Assembly (NCBI GenBank): GCA_039621445.1
Contig: CP154954.1
Span: 40,913,572-40,977,571, forward strand
Direction: 5' to 3'
Length of the DNA: 64,000 nt
DNA from: Euglena gracilis
Lineage: Eukaryota
Shown: positions 1 through 22,224 of the stretch, piece after piece
How positions within the stretch are numbered: position 1 is the first letter of the stretch
Layout: every line of letters begins with the position of its first letter
Position numbers and translations under genes: made by a program
Notes under the pieces: model-generated
What the model saw: only the letters and a program-made list of their open reading frames with translations
The model's database searches: none
What the model was told of the DNA's origin: nothing

Positions 1-676
1 TGGCCCAAAATGGCAGCCAGTTGCCTTTTTGACATGTAATCTTTTTTCACTATTTTTCCCATCTCCTTTTGTACTGTTTTTATTTTCTGGGGGGGCACCT
101 GTAATTTTCCCTCTTGGAAGTTTAGCTGAAATCCAAGATGATTTACGATTTGGGTGGGCTGCAGGGAGGACTTTTTGACATTGATTTTGAATCCTGATTT
201 GATTAAATATCTGACCACTGTGTTCAGGTGATTTTGTAAGATGTTTTGTGCTGGGGCCACCAGTAAAATGTCGTCCAGGTAAATAAATACCTGGATGCCC
301 TTTTTCCTCCACAGCTTTTCCAATGTCTTCATTACTGACATAAAAATTTGGGGCATTACATTTAGGCCAAAACAGCCTGCCTGGAATTCCCAGGCCTGCC
401 CCCCCACCTGATGTCTTAGAAAGGGCCTTAGGGCCTGGCTCAATGGGATGTGGAAGTAAGCATCGTTTAGGTCTATTTTTGCTGCCCAGTGGCCTTTTTC
501 TAACACTGGAAAAATGTGCTGGATGTGAACCAGCTTGAAAGGTTTAACTTGGATTCGTTGATTTATTTCCCTGCAATTGCTTATTAGTCTCCATTTTGTC
601 TGCTCCCCCTCTGGTTTTGAAATCAGAAACCAGGGGATTAGGTGCTGGGTGGTTGAATCACTCACCCTCTTTACGG
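1..676 (-). mobile_element. DIRS-like retrotransposon reverse transcriptase (runs off left edge)
   Basis: Manual minus-strand translation: LIPWFLISKPEGEQTKWRLISNCREIN...WAAKIDLNDAYFHIPL...FGLNVMPQIF...GIQVFIYLDDILLV...GFKINVKKS...HLGFQL. YLDD lies at 270-281. An in-frame TGA sits just upstream (about 677-679). Confidence 0.9.
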
Positions 677-2350
677 ATCAAGATTTTTCGTAATCCAGCA
701 GTATTTTTTCTGCTTGGTGCAGGTTCAAGTTTGCACTGGGTTTTGGGTGGGTGGACAATTTGGTGGGTTTACCCAAGGGGGTTGAATGACATCACTGATT
801 AGTTAACTTGTTGTTGGGGGGGGGTCATTTTTTGTCCACCATTTCAGGCTTTTTTGCAGCCTTTGATGGAGGGGGGTGTCTCCCCATTTTTCCTCCATGC
901 AATTGATTTCTTGGATAAGATGATTTTGGGGGGGCTGGGCTGGAGATGTTGGACATTTTAGGCTTTTTTGCAGCCTTTGATGGAGGGTGGTGTCTCCCCA
1001 TTTTTCCTCCGTTGAATTTATTTTCTGGATAAGATGATTCTGGGGGGGGCTGCGTTGGGGGTGTTGGTCATTGCACCCCTAGGTCCCCTAGGGCTTGGGC
1101 TCTTGGAAAAAGAAATTTTTTCTGGGGGGATGTGCATGCGCTCTCTCCCTGTCTGCTCACCTCTCTGCATGAGCTTGTTGTTGGGAGACATACCACAGGG
1201 CTTAAGGCCCCTGTTTGGCCTATCTGGTCTTCTCCATGTTGATGCGGTTGGTTGACATACCATAGGGGGGCCTCTGTGGGCCCCCCCTTGATTGATTGAT
1301 CGGGAATTGAGAAATAAATGTAGGAGGGGTTCCTGCCCCTCCCTACAAAAGGGCCACTGTGGGTCCCTTGTCCTCCTGAGGCTGGGTCATTAAAGGGGCC
1401 ACTGTGGGTCCCCTTTTCTCCCTTTTTTGGCAGAGGGCCTCTGTGGGTCCCTCGGGGGATTTCTCCAGCAGCTGTCTTAGCTTCTTGGTTGCCACTGTGG
1501 GTCCACCCTGCTGGTTGGGTATGATGTCCCTTAGCTTCTTGGTGGCCACTGTGGGTCCACCCTGCTGGTCTCCAAGGTCTCTATGTGTAAATTATTTTCC
1601 ATAATCCTTCTGTAGGTCTTCCAGGCCTTGATTTGGCCTCCAACGCCACTTGAAATCTGGCGGGGGCTGCTGTGGCCACCCCCTTTTCCCCTTGAGAGGG
1701 GCTGTTGTGATAGATGAATTGGGGGGGTTTGACGGACCTTTTCTGCCCCTTCCTGAGGGGATTTGCTTGTAAAACTGGCCCCCATGGCCCCTGTAATGTT
1801 GTCCTCCTTGGCCTTCATTCCATCTCCCCATCCTTTGGCCAATTTGTGTATAGGCGACAGGGCGCCTTTGGGGGATATGACCCACATGCGTGGGCTGTGG
1901 TTGTTCAATTGTGGAGCAATTTGGGCCCCCCTGGCCCAACCTTTGCCCATCAAGGGCTGGGGCAGACTTTTGTCTTCTGGGCCTTCTGGCCACAGTGGTC
2001 CAAGGACCGTGGACGTCACTGGGGGGGGGGTTTGGGCTGGGAAATTTCTGGGGTGGGGGTCTGGAGGGGAAAAACGGCCACGGTTTGCCGCGTGTCGACC
2101 GCATCTCCAAGTTCTCCTGCTTCTACGGCAACTGCTCCAGGACGTCCGTGGCCATGCAATCCCAATTTCTTCTCCACTGCATTGCTCATTGAAGTCAAAA
2201 TTGAAATTTGATAATTGAATTCTCAATTGCTATTCGTCTGGTTCGTGTCCTTCTGGATATTGAATTGATATTGACTTCTTTTCTCGGTTCTTCTTCGTTT
2301 GTGAACTCTTTTCCTTTCTTCTGGGTTTCGAAGGGCAAGTTAGGAATCAG
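677..2350 (-). mobile_element. Degenerate 5' (gag-like/linker) part of the first DIRS-like element, with internal duplications
   Basis: Contiguous with the RT. Broken Pro/Lys-rich ORFs, a roughly 110-bp duplication (846-1050) and repeated GCCACTGTGGGTCC units (1350-1560). Confidence 0.5.
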
Positions 2351-2560
2351 CCAAATCCGGCGAAAAAAGGCACTCAGCAGGACCTCCTAACCCAGCGCAG
2401 CGAACAATCACACAACAAACCGCCGGCGAGCAAGGCATGGCCTCACAATGGCAAAGTGCGGAGCCCGAGGTGTCGGGCTTACCCTGTCGTTGTGCTTTGC
2501 CCTCCTGGTCATTTCCCCCTGGTTCCCTAAAGGTCCCCGGAGTGCATGACCACTCGGGCT

Positions 2561-3396
2561 TCACATTTCGGTTGGGTGAGATGTTGTGCACCAGTGTGTC
2601 GATTTCTTCTGCCGCCTTTTTTGGGCGTTAATGCGCAAATAATGGGACGCAAAACTTTTGAGATCTTTCCACTTGCCTATTTGGCACACTTCCTCTGAAT
2701 CCAAGCCCAAAGACTTGAAGAAAGAGACACCTGCACCTTTTGTGCTGTGTGCCCCATACAGGGCAGGGACCACCTGCTGCAAAGAAAAACGTTTGCTGAG
2801 GCCGTTGATGGAATTTGGCTTCAAAGCGTTAAAGGGGGGCTGAAGTGAAAGGAAAACCGGTCCCCCGTTTTTGTCCACGTGAGCTGTACGCTTAACATAC
2901 TCCATCAATAAATGTGCTGGACTGATGTGCACTTGTGAGTTCAGAGACGGTAATTGCTCCCACCGATGGAGTTTCAACCCTTTCACCTGAGTTTTATAAA
3001 AAATTTGTCCTGAAGTGTGGAACAGGTTCTAAGGAGAGAAGCCAAATCCCCACCTCGAAATAAGGAGAATAAACGCAGAATCACAATGAGACGTAACCGC
3101 AGTTCCGGTAAGGGCAAAGTATGCAGGGGGGCATCTTCAGCAGCCAGTCTTTGCACAATTGGAGTGGCATCCCAAAAATCAGCATACTTTTGCACAGATG
3201 ATGACCATTTTTTGCTCAGAGGTTGCAAAATTTGCTGAAACCTCAGACTCGAGCATCCTGGGATTAACAGACAAGCACTGTAGGCGTTTCTGGCTTGTGA
3301 CACTAAAAATTGAAACAATCTTTGGATGCCCTGTGCAATGTCTAGTGGGGTGGCTGAGCGGGGGTGCAAACCCATGTCTTTCATGACAGCATACAA
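2561..3396 (-). pseudogene. Tyrosine recombinase of second DIRS-like element (interrupted near 2985)
   Basis: ORFs 2983-3396 and 2561-2986 carry LFSLFRGGDL (catalytic R), HSTKGAG (HxxR motif altered to K) and GKWKDLKSFASHY (W and catalytic Y). Confidence 0.85.
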
Positions 3397-3399
3397 AAG

Positions 3400-4689
3400 C
3401 TGAAAGGAGGAGTGGCCACCATGGTGCTGAAGCCCAAAAGGGGCAAATGAAAAGGCAAAAGATCTGAGGATTTTCTCTCAGTCTGTGAAACCAGTTTAGA
3501 ATAATCTTCCAGGGTGGTTTTGCCCAGACATAGGAAAGGTCTTGCAGGGGGCAATTCAGGGCATCCACCCTGAAGGTTTGATGGTGGGCCATCGACAAAT
3601 CTATTTTGGGAATTTGGAATTCCCTGGACTGGCAAAGCAGTCCACAGCTGGCTGAACGTCGTTTTTGAAGTGGCAGATAATCTTTTGGAAAAGGTGATGA
3701 TTTAGGGTGTATTCCCCAGGGTCCTGGACCCACCTGGATAAGCTGTCGGCCTGCATTTGCTGGCTTGGCACCCACTGAACCCGAATTTGATCTCGATGCT
3801 TCACTGCCCGTAGTAAAAAACGGAGAATAATTTCGTTCAGGGCTTGAAACCCCCCCTTGCTTCCTGAGGTACCTGATTGTCTACCTGAACGACTACTGAT
3901 TCCCCTGGTTTTGTTAAGAACAAAATGGTGTCCTTTGCAGCTGAGAGCTCCTTTAAATTTGTGTGCCATCCTTGATTGCCTCTCCAAAAACTGTGCAGTT
4001 TTTTGCCCAGAATTTAGATCCAGGCCCCCTCCCACCCCTGTGTGGAACTGTCTGAACACAAAACTCTGTTGCGATTCACCAAAAAGGGTCTTCCATGGGT
4101 TTCTGCCAGAAGAGGTTTTAGAGACGAAATTTGATATTTTACTGACCGAGGAATGGTGTTTGATGGTGTCCTTTTCCATTTTTGAAATGATGAACCAAGG
4201 CACCAAGTGCTTGGACACAGCTCCTGGAGGTAGCTTTCTGACCGCACCTGAGGACTCGTAATCCCTCAAAATCCTGTTTGCCAAGCCATTTTCTTCTCTC
4301 CCATAGGATCTTGTGTTTTTGGACAGGTTTAGGGGTAATGGGAAATCTGGTAGAATGCCTTTTTGCAGAAGTTGACAGAGAAAAGGGTTCCCATGTTTTC
4401 TCCACCCGGACAGACTTTTCACAAGTCTTTGGGGAATGGGGGTGTCCTCCCACTGTTTTTCCCGCACTGAATCATGCGCTGTAGGGGGCATTCTTGATAA
4501 GAAAGCTGCTGAGTTTTGGGACCCACCATGGGTCGTTGTTCTGGCCTGGAGACTGGCTGGCCAGATGGAGGCTCCTCCACGTCCACGACCTTTGATTCCA
4601 GAGATTCTTCCTTTGCCCAGGCTTCCCCCGCCATTGGGATGGGTATGAGCTGCCATAGCTCCTGTTGAGGGGCAGACTGCCCTTGCCAC
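3400..4689 (-). pseudogene. DIRS pol remnant: RT N-terminus (core deleted), RNase H C-terminus and Dam-like methyltransferase domain
   Basis: ILRDYESSGAVRKL...HLVPWFIISK is homologous to element 1, but no YLDD core follows. VQWVPSQQMQADSLSR matches RNase H. VDCFASPGNSK followed, after a frameshift, by VDALN...YVWAKPPWKII...ICPFWASAPWWPLL matches the DIRS1 methyltransferase domain. Confidence 0.85.
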
Positions 4690-5439
4690 CTTTTCTTCTC
4701 CAATGTCTCCAACCTGTGCGGATGGGAATACGACTTGGAGCGCTTGGGAGTAATGGGAGCTTTACCTGCTCCATTGATGTTCTGGACCGTTCTGTCCACC
4801 TGCAAATCTGCTGAAGTGAATAATACGTTGCCCAGGGGGTGGGGCAGGACAGGTGTTAAGCATTGGTATGGTCCCCACCAGGCACCTATGGTCACTTCCC
4901 ATTTTGGTGCTCTGGTCGGCCCTGGTCGGCAAATAATCAGCCATAGGTGGGGGTATCCGTCACAGAAAAAAATGTGAAAGGATGGAATGATTTTCTGAAC
5001 AGCATCTGCATCTTGTCCACCATCTGCATCTTGTTCAGCATGTGCATCTTGTTCAGTATCTGTCCAGTATCTGTATTCATCCATTGGCTCCCCAAAAGCA
5101 ACCAAAATGACCTTAAGTGGCTTGAAATAACCAAAAATTACCCAAAAACGCAAATGGCCAAAATGCCATTAAACTATGCTCACATTGACCAAATTAGCCC
5201 AATATTTGCCAAATCAGTGACAAACAGCCCCCAAATTAGCAAAAAAAATTGATCGAAAATGGCCAAAATGGGTGTAAAACTGGAGATTTGTGGGAAAATT
5301 ATCCAAAAATGGGTTTAATTCTTCAAAATATACAAAAAAAATGCCAGGATTGCCCAGCATCGCCCAGCATCGGAACCCCACCTCTGGTCTCCAAAAATAC
5401 AGCATCGCCCAGCATCATCAGAGTGCTTGGTCCAGAGGG

Positions 5440-6150
5440 AAAGCTGCCGAATTCCTTCATCCATTCCCCTTCGGTCGGCCAACCACATGCAAGTCGCCCC
5501 TGGTCGGCCCTGGTAGGCCGTAGGTGCCTGGTCCCCCACCCCCAAAAACTCCATTATCTCCGGAACCACCACTGGTCAACGCCCCCAAATAACGGAAATT
5601 TGGCAATTTTTCGGCGTAAAGCGGGCGGGGACAGGGCAGAACGGGAAGGCCTGGTGGGGGGTCGACCACCCCACCCACCACAATATTTTCACGTTTCACG
5701 CACCCCCCAGTTCCTGGCATTGAGGCAATCTGGCCCCGAAAGTCACGCCCCCCCCTCCCGCCCCGATTTATCCTGAAAAAAAAAATGCCAAAATTTTTCC
5801 GGTAGTGATGGGGTTTGTTGGGGGTGGGGTACCCAGCTGACCTGGTCCCAGGGACTGGTCGCACTTTTTGGCACCCCCCCCCCCCAGTTCCTGGCATTGA
5901 GGCAGTCTGGCCCCGAAAATCACGCCCCTCCCTCGGATTCATACCCAAAGATCGTCAAATTTTTGCTATGCGGGGGTGTTGACCAGCAGTGATTCCGGAA
6001 ATAATGGGGGCGTGATTTTCAGGGCCAGATTGCCTCAATGCCAAGAAAACTGGGGGGGGGGTGAAAATGTGCGACCAGCCCCCGGGACCAGGTCAGCTGA
6101 GTTCCCCACCCCCCAAAAACCCCATTCTCAACAGAACCACTGAAACAGTT
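5440..6150. repeat. Abundant dispersed repeat with internal subrepeats in both orientations
   Basis: Motifs GGCATTGAGGCAATCTGGCCCCGAAAATCACGCCCC and GACCAGGTCAGCTGGGTTCCCCACCCCC recur at about 7800, 18430-18850, 35790-35970, 47680-48000, 48250-48610, 49665 and 50120-50300. Confidence 0.8.
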
Positions 6151-6464
6151 GCCCCAATTGCAATTGGGGGTCGCTGAGGGCAAAAGCCCCCCCCCCTTTT
6201 GGCTCCCTTCGATCCACTTTCAAACACCCTACTCAAATGTTTGTGATCAACCACGCACACCCTGTCAGATGGTGGATGACATTCCCCATTCTCTATTTAA
6301 ACACATCTTTTCTGTTCTTTTCCTGGAACCCTTGCCTCAATATCACACTTGAAAAATGATCCAGTCTGTCATCCAAGATTGCCGTCTTTGCATCCCCTAA
6401 CACAAAGTTGTTCTTTTCCAATTGTCCCCCACTGAGTTTTCAAAACGTTTTAAAAGCTTGTGTC

Positions 6465-6752
6465 CAGGCTTCTTTTTAAGACCCCCGGGGGGGGAGGGGG
6501 GGGGTCCCCCCCACACACCCAGGGTGGCGCGGGACCCCCCGGGGGGGGGGGGGGGGGGGGGGGCGGGGACCCCCCCCCAAAATCGGGCCCGTTAAAGGCA
6601 ATTTTCAAAAATTTTCGGCGCTTCGCGCCGAAAAGGTATACCCAGCACCTCCGGCGCGGGACCCCCCGGGGGGGGGGGGGTCCGGCCCGGCCCAACGCCC
6701 CCACCCTCCCCCCCCGGGGGGGGGGGGGTCAGGTGACTTAAAAAGAAGCCTG
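6465..6752. mobile_element. MITE with 16-bp TIR CAGGCTTCTTTTTAAG and 8-bp TSD CTTGTGTC (hAT-like)
   Basis: Perfect TIR. TSD copies at 6457-6464 and 6753-6760. Confidence 0.95.
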
Positions 6753-6760
6753 CTTGTGTC

Positions 6761-7080
6761 ACATTTTACGAGATTTTGGTTGTTGATTGGCAAAAATAAA
6801 ATGGGGCTCAAAAAACCCGTTAAAAGCAAAATTGGCTGTTGTTTTCGCTTTCCGCCAAGCCTCATGCCTTCCCTTGCTGAATCAAAAGCACTCAATATTG
6901 TCATTTTTGACCTCGTGAGAGACATCACCTTCACAGCAATCATCATCCAAATCCTTGTCATCGTCTTCCAAGTATTCAAAATCAGGTTCCATCCAAAGCA
7001 TGGTGATTGCTGAACCTCGATAAATCATCGCTTCCTGCAATGAATCTGCAGAAGGTACGGAAAGAGTGTCACATGCATAG
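6761..7080 (-). repeat. Dispersed repeat, second copy inverted at about 44948-45245
   Basis: Both copies translate to EPDFE..LDDDC.EGDVSHEVKN..IECF and share flanking nucleotide identity. Confidence 0.85.
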
Positions 7081-7991
7081 GGGGTAGTTCGGGTCACGGG
7101 GGGGGGGACACCACATTTTCGGTCGCCAAATTCACCGAACCCAAGCTATAAGAGATTTTTCCATAAACTAGGAAATACCCGCTCCCGAAATTTGGTTTTG
7201 ACACCAAATTAGGTTTTGACACCAAATTAGGAACCAGCTGGGAAAGAGGTGCCTGGACCCCCACCAGAGGGGTGACAATTAACCGCCAAACAATCGTAAG
7301 AATAAGCGATTAACCGCGACCAACTGGGGGCAGGGCGGTCCTTAAACAAATAAAAAAAAAACAACTCTGCTGTCCCAGCACACTCAATGCAAAATCCACC
7401 GGAAAATGGGAAAAGAAGTTGGGAATTTTTCGGCAAGAACAGGTCGACATCGGGGGAAAAAATGATTCCTGGTGTCCTTGGACCATCGCCCATCCACCCA
7501 AATCATCAAAAGATGTGTGTTTGAACTTTTTAATTTTGGACCCTGTTCAAGTCCCAGCCTGGTTCTTGGCTGGCCCTTTGGCCGAAAGGAGGGGGGGGCA
7601 GTGCTGAAGAAAATAAAAAAAAAACCTTCCTGTCCCTTAAGGACCGCCCTGACTGGGGGTCCCAGATTGATTAACCAAACGTCTCAAAAAAAACAACATC
7701 ATTGAAGAAAAGCACTACCTCATCGGAGAACTCTTGAGTCGAACGGCAAAACGCCGAGGGGGTGTGTTTGAGAGCTGTCTGTGAGGGTACCCTCCCCAAC
7801 GACCAGGTCAGCTGGGTTCCCCACCCCCAAACCCCATTAACACCGGAACCACTGCTGGTCAACACCCCCGCATAGCGAAATTTTGGCAATTTTTCAAGAT
7901 GCATCGGTGCCGCCCAGATGTCCTCAGCCCTGGACGGCCCTACCGCTCCTTTGGCCAACAAGCAGGGCAACACACAACTGGCGTCAAGAGG

Positions 7992-17701
<9,710 letters not shown>

Positions 17702-17871
17702 TTTCAAGCATGGCATTGGGGGGCGATGTGGAATTAACCCAAAATATAATCTCACCACAGAAGGAAAACCTTGTCCGTTAACATCAACAAAACCCCCCCT
17801 TTTGAGTTTCGCGCAACCTTCTGACATCTTTTATGTGTAGGGTAAGTTTTTCCTTCCAAACCACGCCCCCC

Positions 17872-18428
17872 CATAACCCCCCCCAAAATAAGACCCCCTC
17901 TAGGCCGATCGAGCAAAAATCCAAAAATAAGACCCCCCCCCTTGACGGCGCGAAGCGCCGGGGACGGTCAGATTTTCCACTGAAAAATTACCAAAAACCC
18001 CAATTTCTTCCCCCCCCCCATGTCCAATGACCGGTAACCTCTGTTCTCTGACCGGGGGGGGGGGTGGTCGTTGGACATAGGGTAGTGACCAAAAAGGTGT
18101 CCTCTGAGGGGGGGGGGGGTCGTTGGACATGGGGTCAAAAGAAAGTTGGTGGGTACCCGGGTCCCTACCCACCCAAAAGTGCCCAAATTTTCCCTTCCGG
18201 CGCTTTGCGCCGAAAATTTTGGGCAATTTTGACAAATTTTTGTCCAAAAAGTGTCAAAAATGGAAGTTTGGCCAAAAAATTTTAGTGCTCTTGGGAACCT
18301 GAAAAATGACGTTTCTTCGGGCCCTGGTCGGTCAAGAAAAAATCTAAAAATAAGACCCCCCCTGGAGGCTTCCAGCAACGGACCCAAAAACAAGACTCCG
18401 GTCTTAATTTGGGGGGGGGGGGGTTATG
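17872..18428. mobile_element. TIR element (CATAACCCCCC...GGGGGGTTATG) with a small nested inverted-repeat element at 18019-18131
   Basis: Inverted termini are visible but the TSD is not clear. Confidence 0.65.
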
Positions 18429-19102
18429 CCCGATTTATACCTGACAATTGCTGAAATTTTGCTGTTCGGGGGGCATTGGGCAGCAGTGGTTCTGCTGTTG
18501 ATGGGGGTTTGGGGGGTGGGGAACCCAGCTGACCTGGTCCCGGGGGCTGATTGCGCATTTTGGCACCCCCCAGTTCCTGGCATTGAGTCAATCTGGCCCT
18601 CCCTGTGCCCCGATGTATACCTAAAAATTGCAAAATTTTGCTGTTTGGGGGTGTTTGGGCAGCAGTGGTTCTGGTACTGATGGGGTTTTTAACCCAGCCC
18701 CGGGGGCTGGTTGCGCATTTTGGCACCCCCTTTTTCTGGCATTGAGGCAATCTGGCCCATGAAACCACGCCCCCCCCCCAAATGCCCAGAAATTATACTT
18801 GAAAATTACTGATATTTTGTTTTTCGGGGGTGTTGGGCAGCAGTGGGAACTTTCATCTGACGGCACACACACAAACACACACATACCATAAAAAGCCCAG
18901 GGGGCTGTTTGCCAGATAAAGCCCGCGTAAGGGGGCAGTTGATAACCATGGGGAGCTTGAAGAGCTGGGGCCACAGGGACTGGGGACGCTGCAGGTTGGG
19001 GCCCAAGGCGGTCAGGGGCTGTGGGGTTTGAGGCCCAGGGAGACCAAGGACGCTGCTGTAGGGGGGGCAGTGAGGGTGGCCGGCAGCTGCGCAGGTGGGG
19101 GG

Positions 19103-19493
19103 CAGGCATTTGCTCAAGGACCCCGGGGGGGGGGGTACTGGCTAGCCAATCGGCTGGACACTGGAAAAAGTGGACTAGCTAGACCCCCCCTGGGGGGGGT
19201 CCGGGGGTCCCCCTGACTGGAAAAATGAGGCTTTTAACAGGTTTTTGGCTGATCTTGTTCCAAAAATTCCCAAAAATGGCCAAAAACGGGGATTTTTGGC
19301 CATTTTTGGGGGTCCCAAAAATAAATTTCGGCGCTTTGCGCCGGTCACTGGAAAATTTTTTTCCACTAGCTAGCCCTGCTAGCAGACCCCCCCCCAGGGG
19401 GTCTGCTAGAAAACCCACTAACCAAATTTGGACTAGCTGCAGTCCAGCCCCCCCAGGGAGGAGGGATACTGCAATCGCTTAAGCAAATGCCTG
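19103..19493. mobile_element. MITE with TIR CAGGCATTTGCT(C/T)AAG and 8-bp TSD GTGGGGGG
   Basis: TSD at 19095-19102 and 19494-19501. Confidence 0.95.
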
Positions 19494-19534
19494 GTGGGGG
19501 GTGGGGGGGCGGGGGCAGGGTGGCCAGAGCTGCG

Positions 19535-20760
19535 GAGGTTGAGGCCCAGGGTGGCCAGAGCTGCGGGGGTGGGCCAAGGGTGGCCAGGGGCTTTGGGGGT
19601 TGAGCCAGAGCTGTGGGCTTCGGTGGTTCAGGCGGTGGGGTTCAGGTGGCTGTGCGTAGCACCCCCGTTCCGCGCCGGGAACCCTCGCTCGGCCAGGGCG
19701 AACCGAGGCCAAGCGAGGTCATCCGGACACGGCCCGGGGGAGGTTGAGGCCCAGGGTGGCCAGAGCTGCGGGGGTGGGCCCAGGGTGGCCAGGGGCTGCG
19801 GGGGTTGAGCCAGAGCTGCGGGGGTGGGTGGTTCAGGCGGTGGGGTTCAGGTGGCTGTGCGTAGCACCCCCGTTCCGCGCCGGGAACCCTCGCTCGGCCA
19901 GGGCGAACCGAGGCCAAGCGAGGTCATCCGGACACGGCCCGGGGGAGGTTGAGGCCCAGGGTGGCCAGAGCTGCGGGGGTGGGCCCAGGGTGGCCAGGGG
20001 CTTCGGGGGGTTGAGCCAGAGCTGCGGGGATCGGTGGTTCAGGCGGTGGGGTGCAGGTGGCTGTGCGTAGCACCCCCGTTCCGCGCCGGGAACCCTCACT
20101 CGGCCAGGGCGAACCGAGGCCAAGCGAGGTCATCCGGACACGGCCCAGGGGAGGTTGAGGCCCAGGGTGGCCAGAGCTGCGGTGGGCCCAGGGTGGCCAG
20201 GGGCTGCGGGGGTTGAGCCAGAGCTGCGGGGGTTGGTGGTTCAGGCGGTGGGGTGCAGGTGGCTGTGCGTAGCACCCCCGTTCCGCGCCGGGAACCCTCG
20301 CTCGGCCAGGGCGAACCGAGGCCAAGCGAGGTCATCCGGACACGGCCTGGGGGAGGTTGAGGCCCAGGGTGGCCAGAGCTGCGGGGGTGGGCCCAGGGTG
20401 GCCAGGGGCTGCGGGGGTTGAGCCAGAGCTGCGGGGGTCGGTGGTTCAGGCGGTGGGGTGCAGGTGGCTGTGCGTAGCACCCCCGTTCCGCGCCGGGAAC
20501 CCTCACTCGGCCAGGGCGAACCGAGGCCAAGCGAGGTCATCCGGACACGGCCCGGGGGAGGTTGAGGCCCAGGGTGGCCAGAGCTGCGGGGGTGGGCCCA
20601 GGGTGGCCAGGGGCTGCGGGGGTTGAGCCAGAGCTGCGGGGGTTGGTGGTTCAGGCGGTGGGGTGCAGGTGGCTGTGCGTAGCACCCCCGTTCCGCGCCG
20701 GGAACCCTCGCTCGGCCAGGGCGAACCGAGGCCAAGCGAGGTCATCCGGACACGGCCCGG
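19535..20760. repeat. Tandem array of 6 GC-rich units of about 205 bp
   Basis: Units start at about 19535, 19740, 19945, 20151, 20353 and 20558 and are near-identical. Confidence 0.97.
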
Positions 20761-20879
20761 GAGACATTGCAGGGGATGTGGAGTGGGGTGGCGACGTGGT
20801 GTCGTTGCAGGCAGTCTCCTTTGCCACCACCAAAAACCAGGATTGCCAGGAGCAGTGTGGTCAGGGTGGAGTTGATGAT
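20742..20879 (-). CDS. Putative terminal exon IINSTLTTLLLAILVFGGGKGDCLQRHHVATPLHIPCNVSRAVSG*
   Basis: T-rich tract plus CAG acceptor, GC3-rich codons and a hydrophobic segment. A further candidate exon lies at about 24655-24750 (HLLASLIGASWMMINAFVP). Confidence 0.5.
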   Translation of the reverse strand: MINSTLTTLLLAILVFGGGKGDCLQRHHVATPLHIPCNVSRAVSG

Positions 20880-21575
20880 CTGCTCAAAAAAAATATTTTT
20901 TTGGTGTTGGAGATATCCTCCTTCCCCATTTTGCTCTCTCTCATACACTGTGGAATTTACTCAATTTCCCCAAAATCCTTTAAGCAGTTGTATTTTTGTG
21001 TTCATTTGCACACCTAACCCGCTGGGAAATTGTCTCCAGACAAATGACAACTCCCTAAAAAGACAGGACAGCGGAAACAGACAATTGCTTCCCGACCCAC
21101 GGGGTGTCAAAACGGTCCAAATAGGCCTTCATGGAGGTTGAAGGAGGTCTCCAAAGCCACAGCATCCTTGGGTTTCCAGTTTGTCGTGGTCTAATGGTAA
21201 GAAAAACATGTTGGTTGCAAGAACTGACCACATCTAGATGGGTGCATTCGACCATTTCGGTGGACATGGACCAGGTCCATACTATTTTTATCGACCCCAG
21301 GGGGGAGGGGGGTCACTCCACTTTTTTAAAAACCAGTCAGTCACTCATTTTCAAAAAACCAGCCAGTCACTACCCCCCACCCCGGTGGGGGCAGGGTTTT
21401 TTGAGGTGCCTGCCCATAGCAGGCATCCCCCCCCCAACCCCGGCACCGCGGGCCCAGAAAAGGACATTTTCAATGAAATTTTTCTGGGCCCCCCAGACCC
21501 CCCCCCTGGAGGGTGTGCCTGCTATGGGCAGGCACCCTGTGGCACCCACCCCCTCCAGTACGCACAAGCCCTATA

Positions 21576-22224
21576 CAGGGGGGGAAATTATGCGGTCCGC
21601 ATTATTCCGCATTATTCCGCATTTTTCCGCATTATTCCGCATTTTTCCGCATTTTTCCGCATATTTTCCGCATTTTTTTGTAAATTTTCCGCATTTTTCC
21701 GCATTTTCGCATTTGACCGCATTTTTTCCGCATTTTTCCGCATTTTTCCGCATTTTTTTTTTTCTTTTTCTGCATAATTACTGCATTTTTTCGCATAATT
21801 TCCACATTTTTCCGCATAATTTCCGCATTTTTTGTGAATTTTTTACGTTTCAGGTCGACTACAAGGTTCATTGTTTCCCCAATATGTTGGAGCACAAGTG
21901 CTCGTCTTTTCATCTCTCTGTTTTATGCATAATTTGTGCTTTGTTTTTCCATTGCATTTTGGTGACTTCTGGCAAGCTTGGGCATCGGCGATGGGAATCA
22001 AATAGCATCGGGACCCCTGCATATTGTGAGGTAGAAATATATCTGTCCCCTCCATGTCACCTGGGGCTCCACAGAATTTCGGCATATTTTCCGCATTTTC
22101 CGCATTTTTCCGCATATTTTCCGCATTTTTTTTAAGCATAATTTCCGCATAATTTCCGCATTTTTCCGCATAATTTCCGCATTTTTTCCCCGCCTGCCAG
22201 ACCGCATAATTTCCCCCCCCCCTG
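21576..22224. mobile_element. MITE with TIR CAGGGGGGGAAATTATGCGGTC, internal TTTTCCGCA repeats and apparent 7-bp TSD CCCTATA
   Basis: Inverted termini with CCCTATA on both sides. Confidence 0.85.

Noticed and set aside
6985-7045. Apparent terminal exon FIAGSDDLSRF suggesting a PIN/NYN-like domain for the 8-17 kb gene
   Set aside because: It lies inside a dispersed repeat also present at about 44950-45040, and the frame giving the PIN resemblance has poorer codon usage.
19535-20760. CRISPR-like array
   Set aside because: Whole units are near-identical, with no unique spacers and no cas genes.
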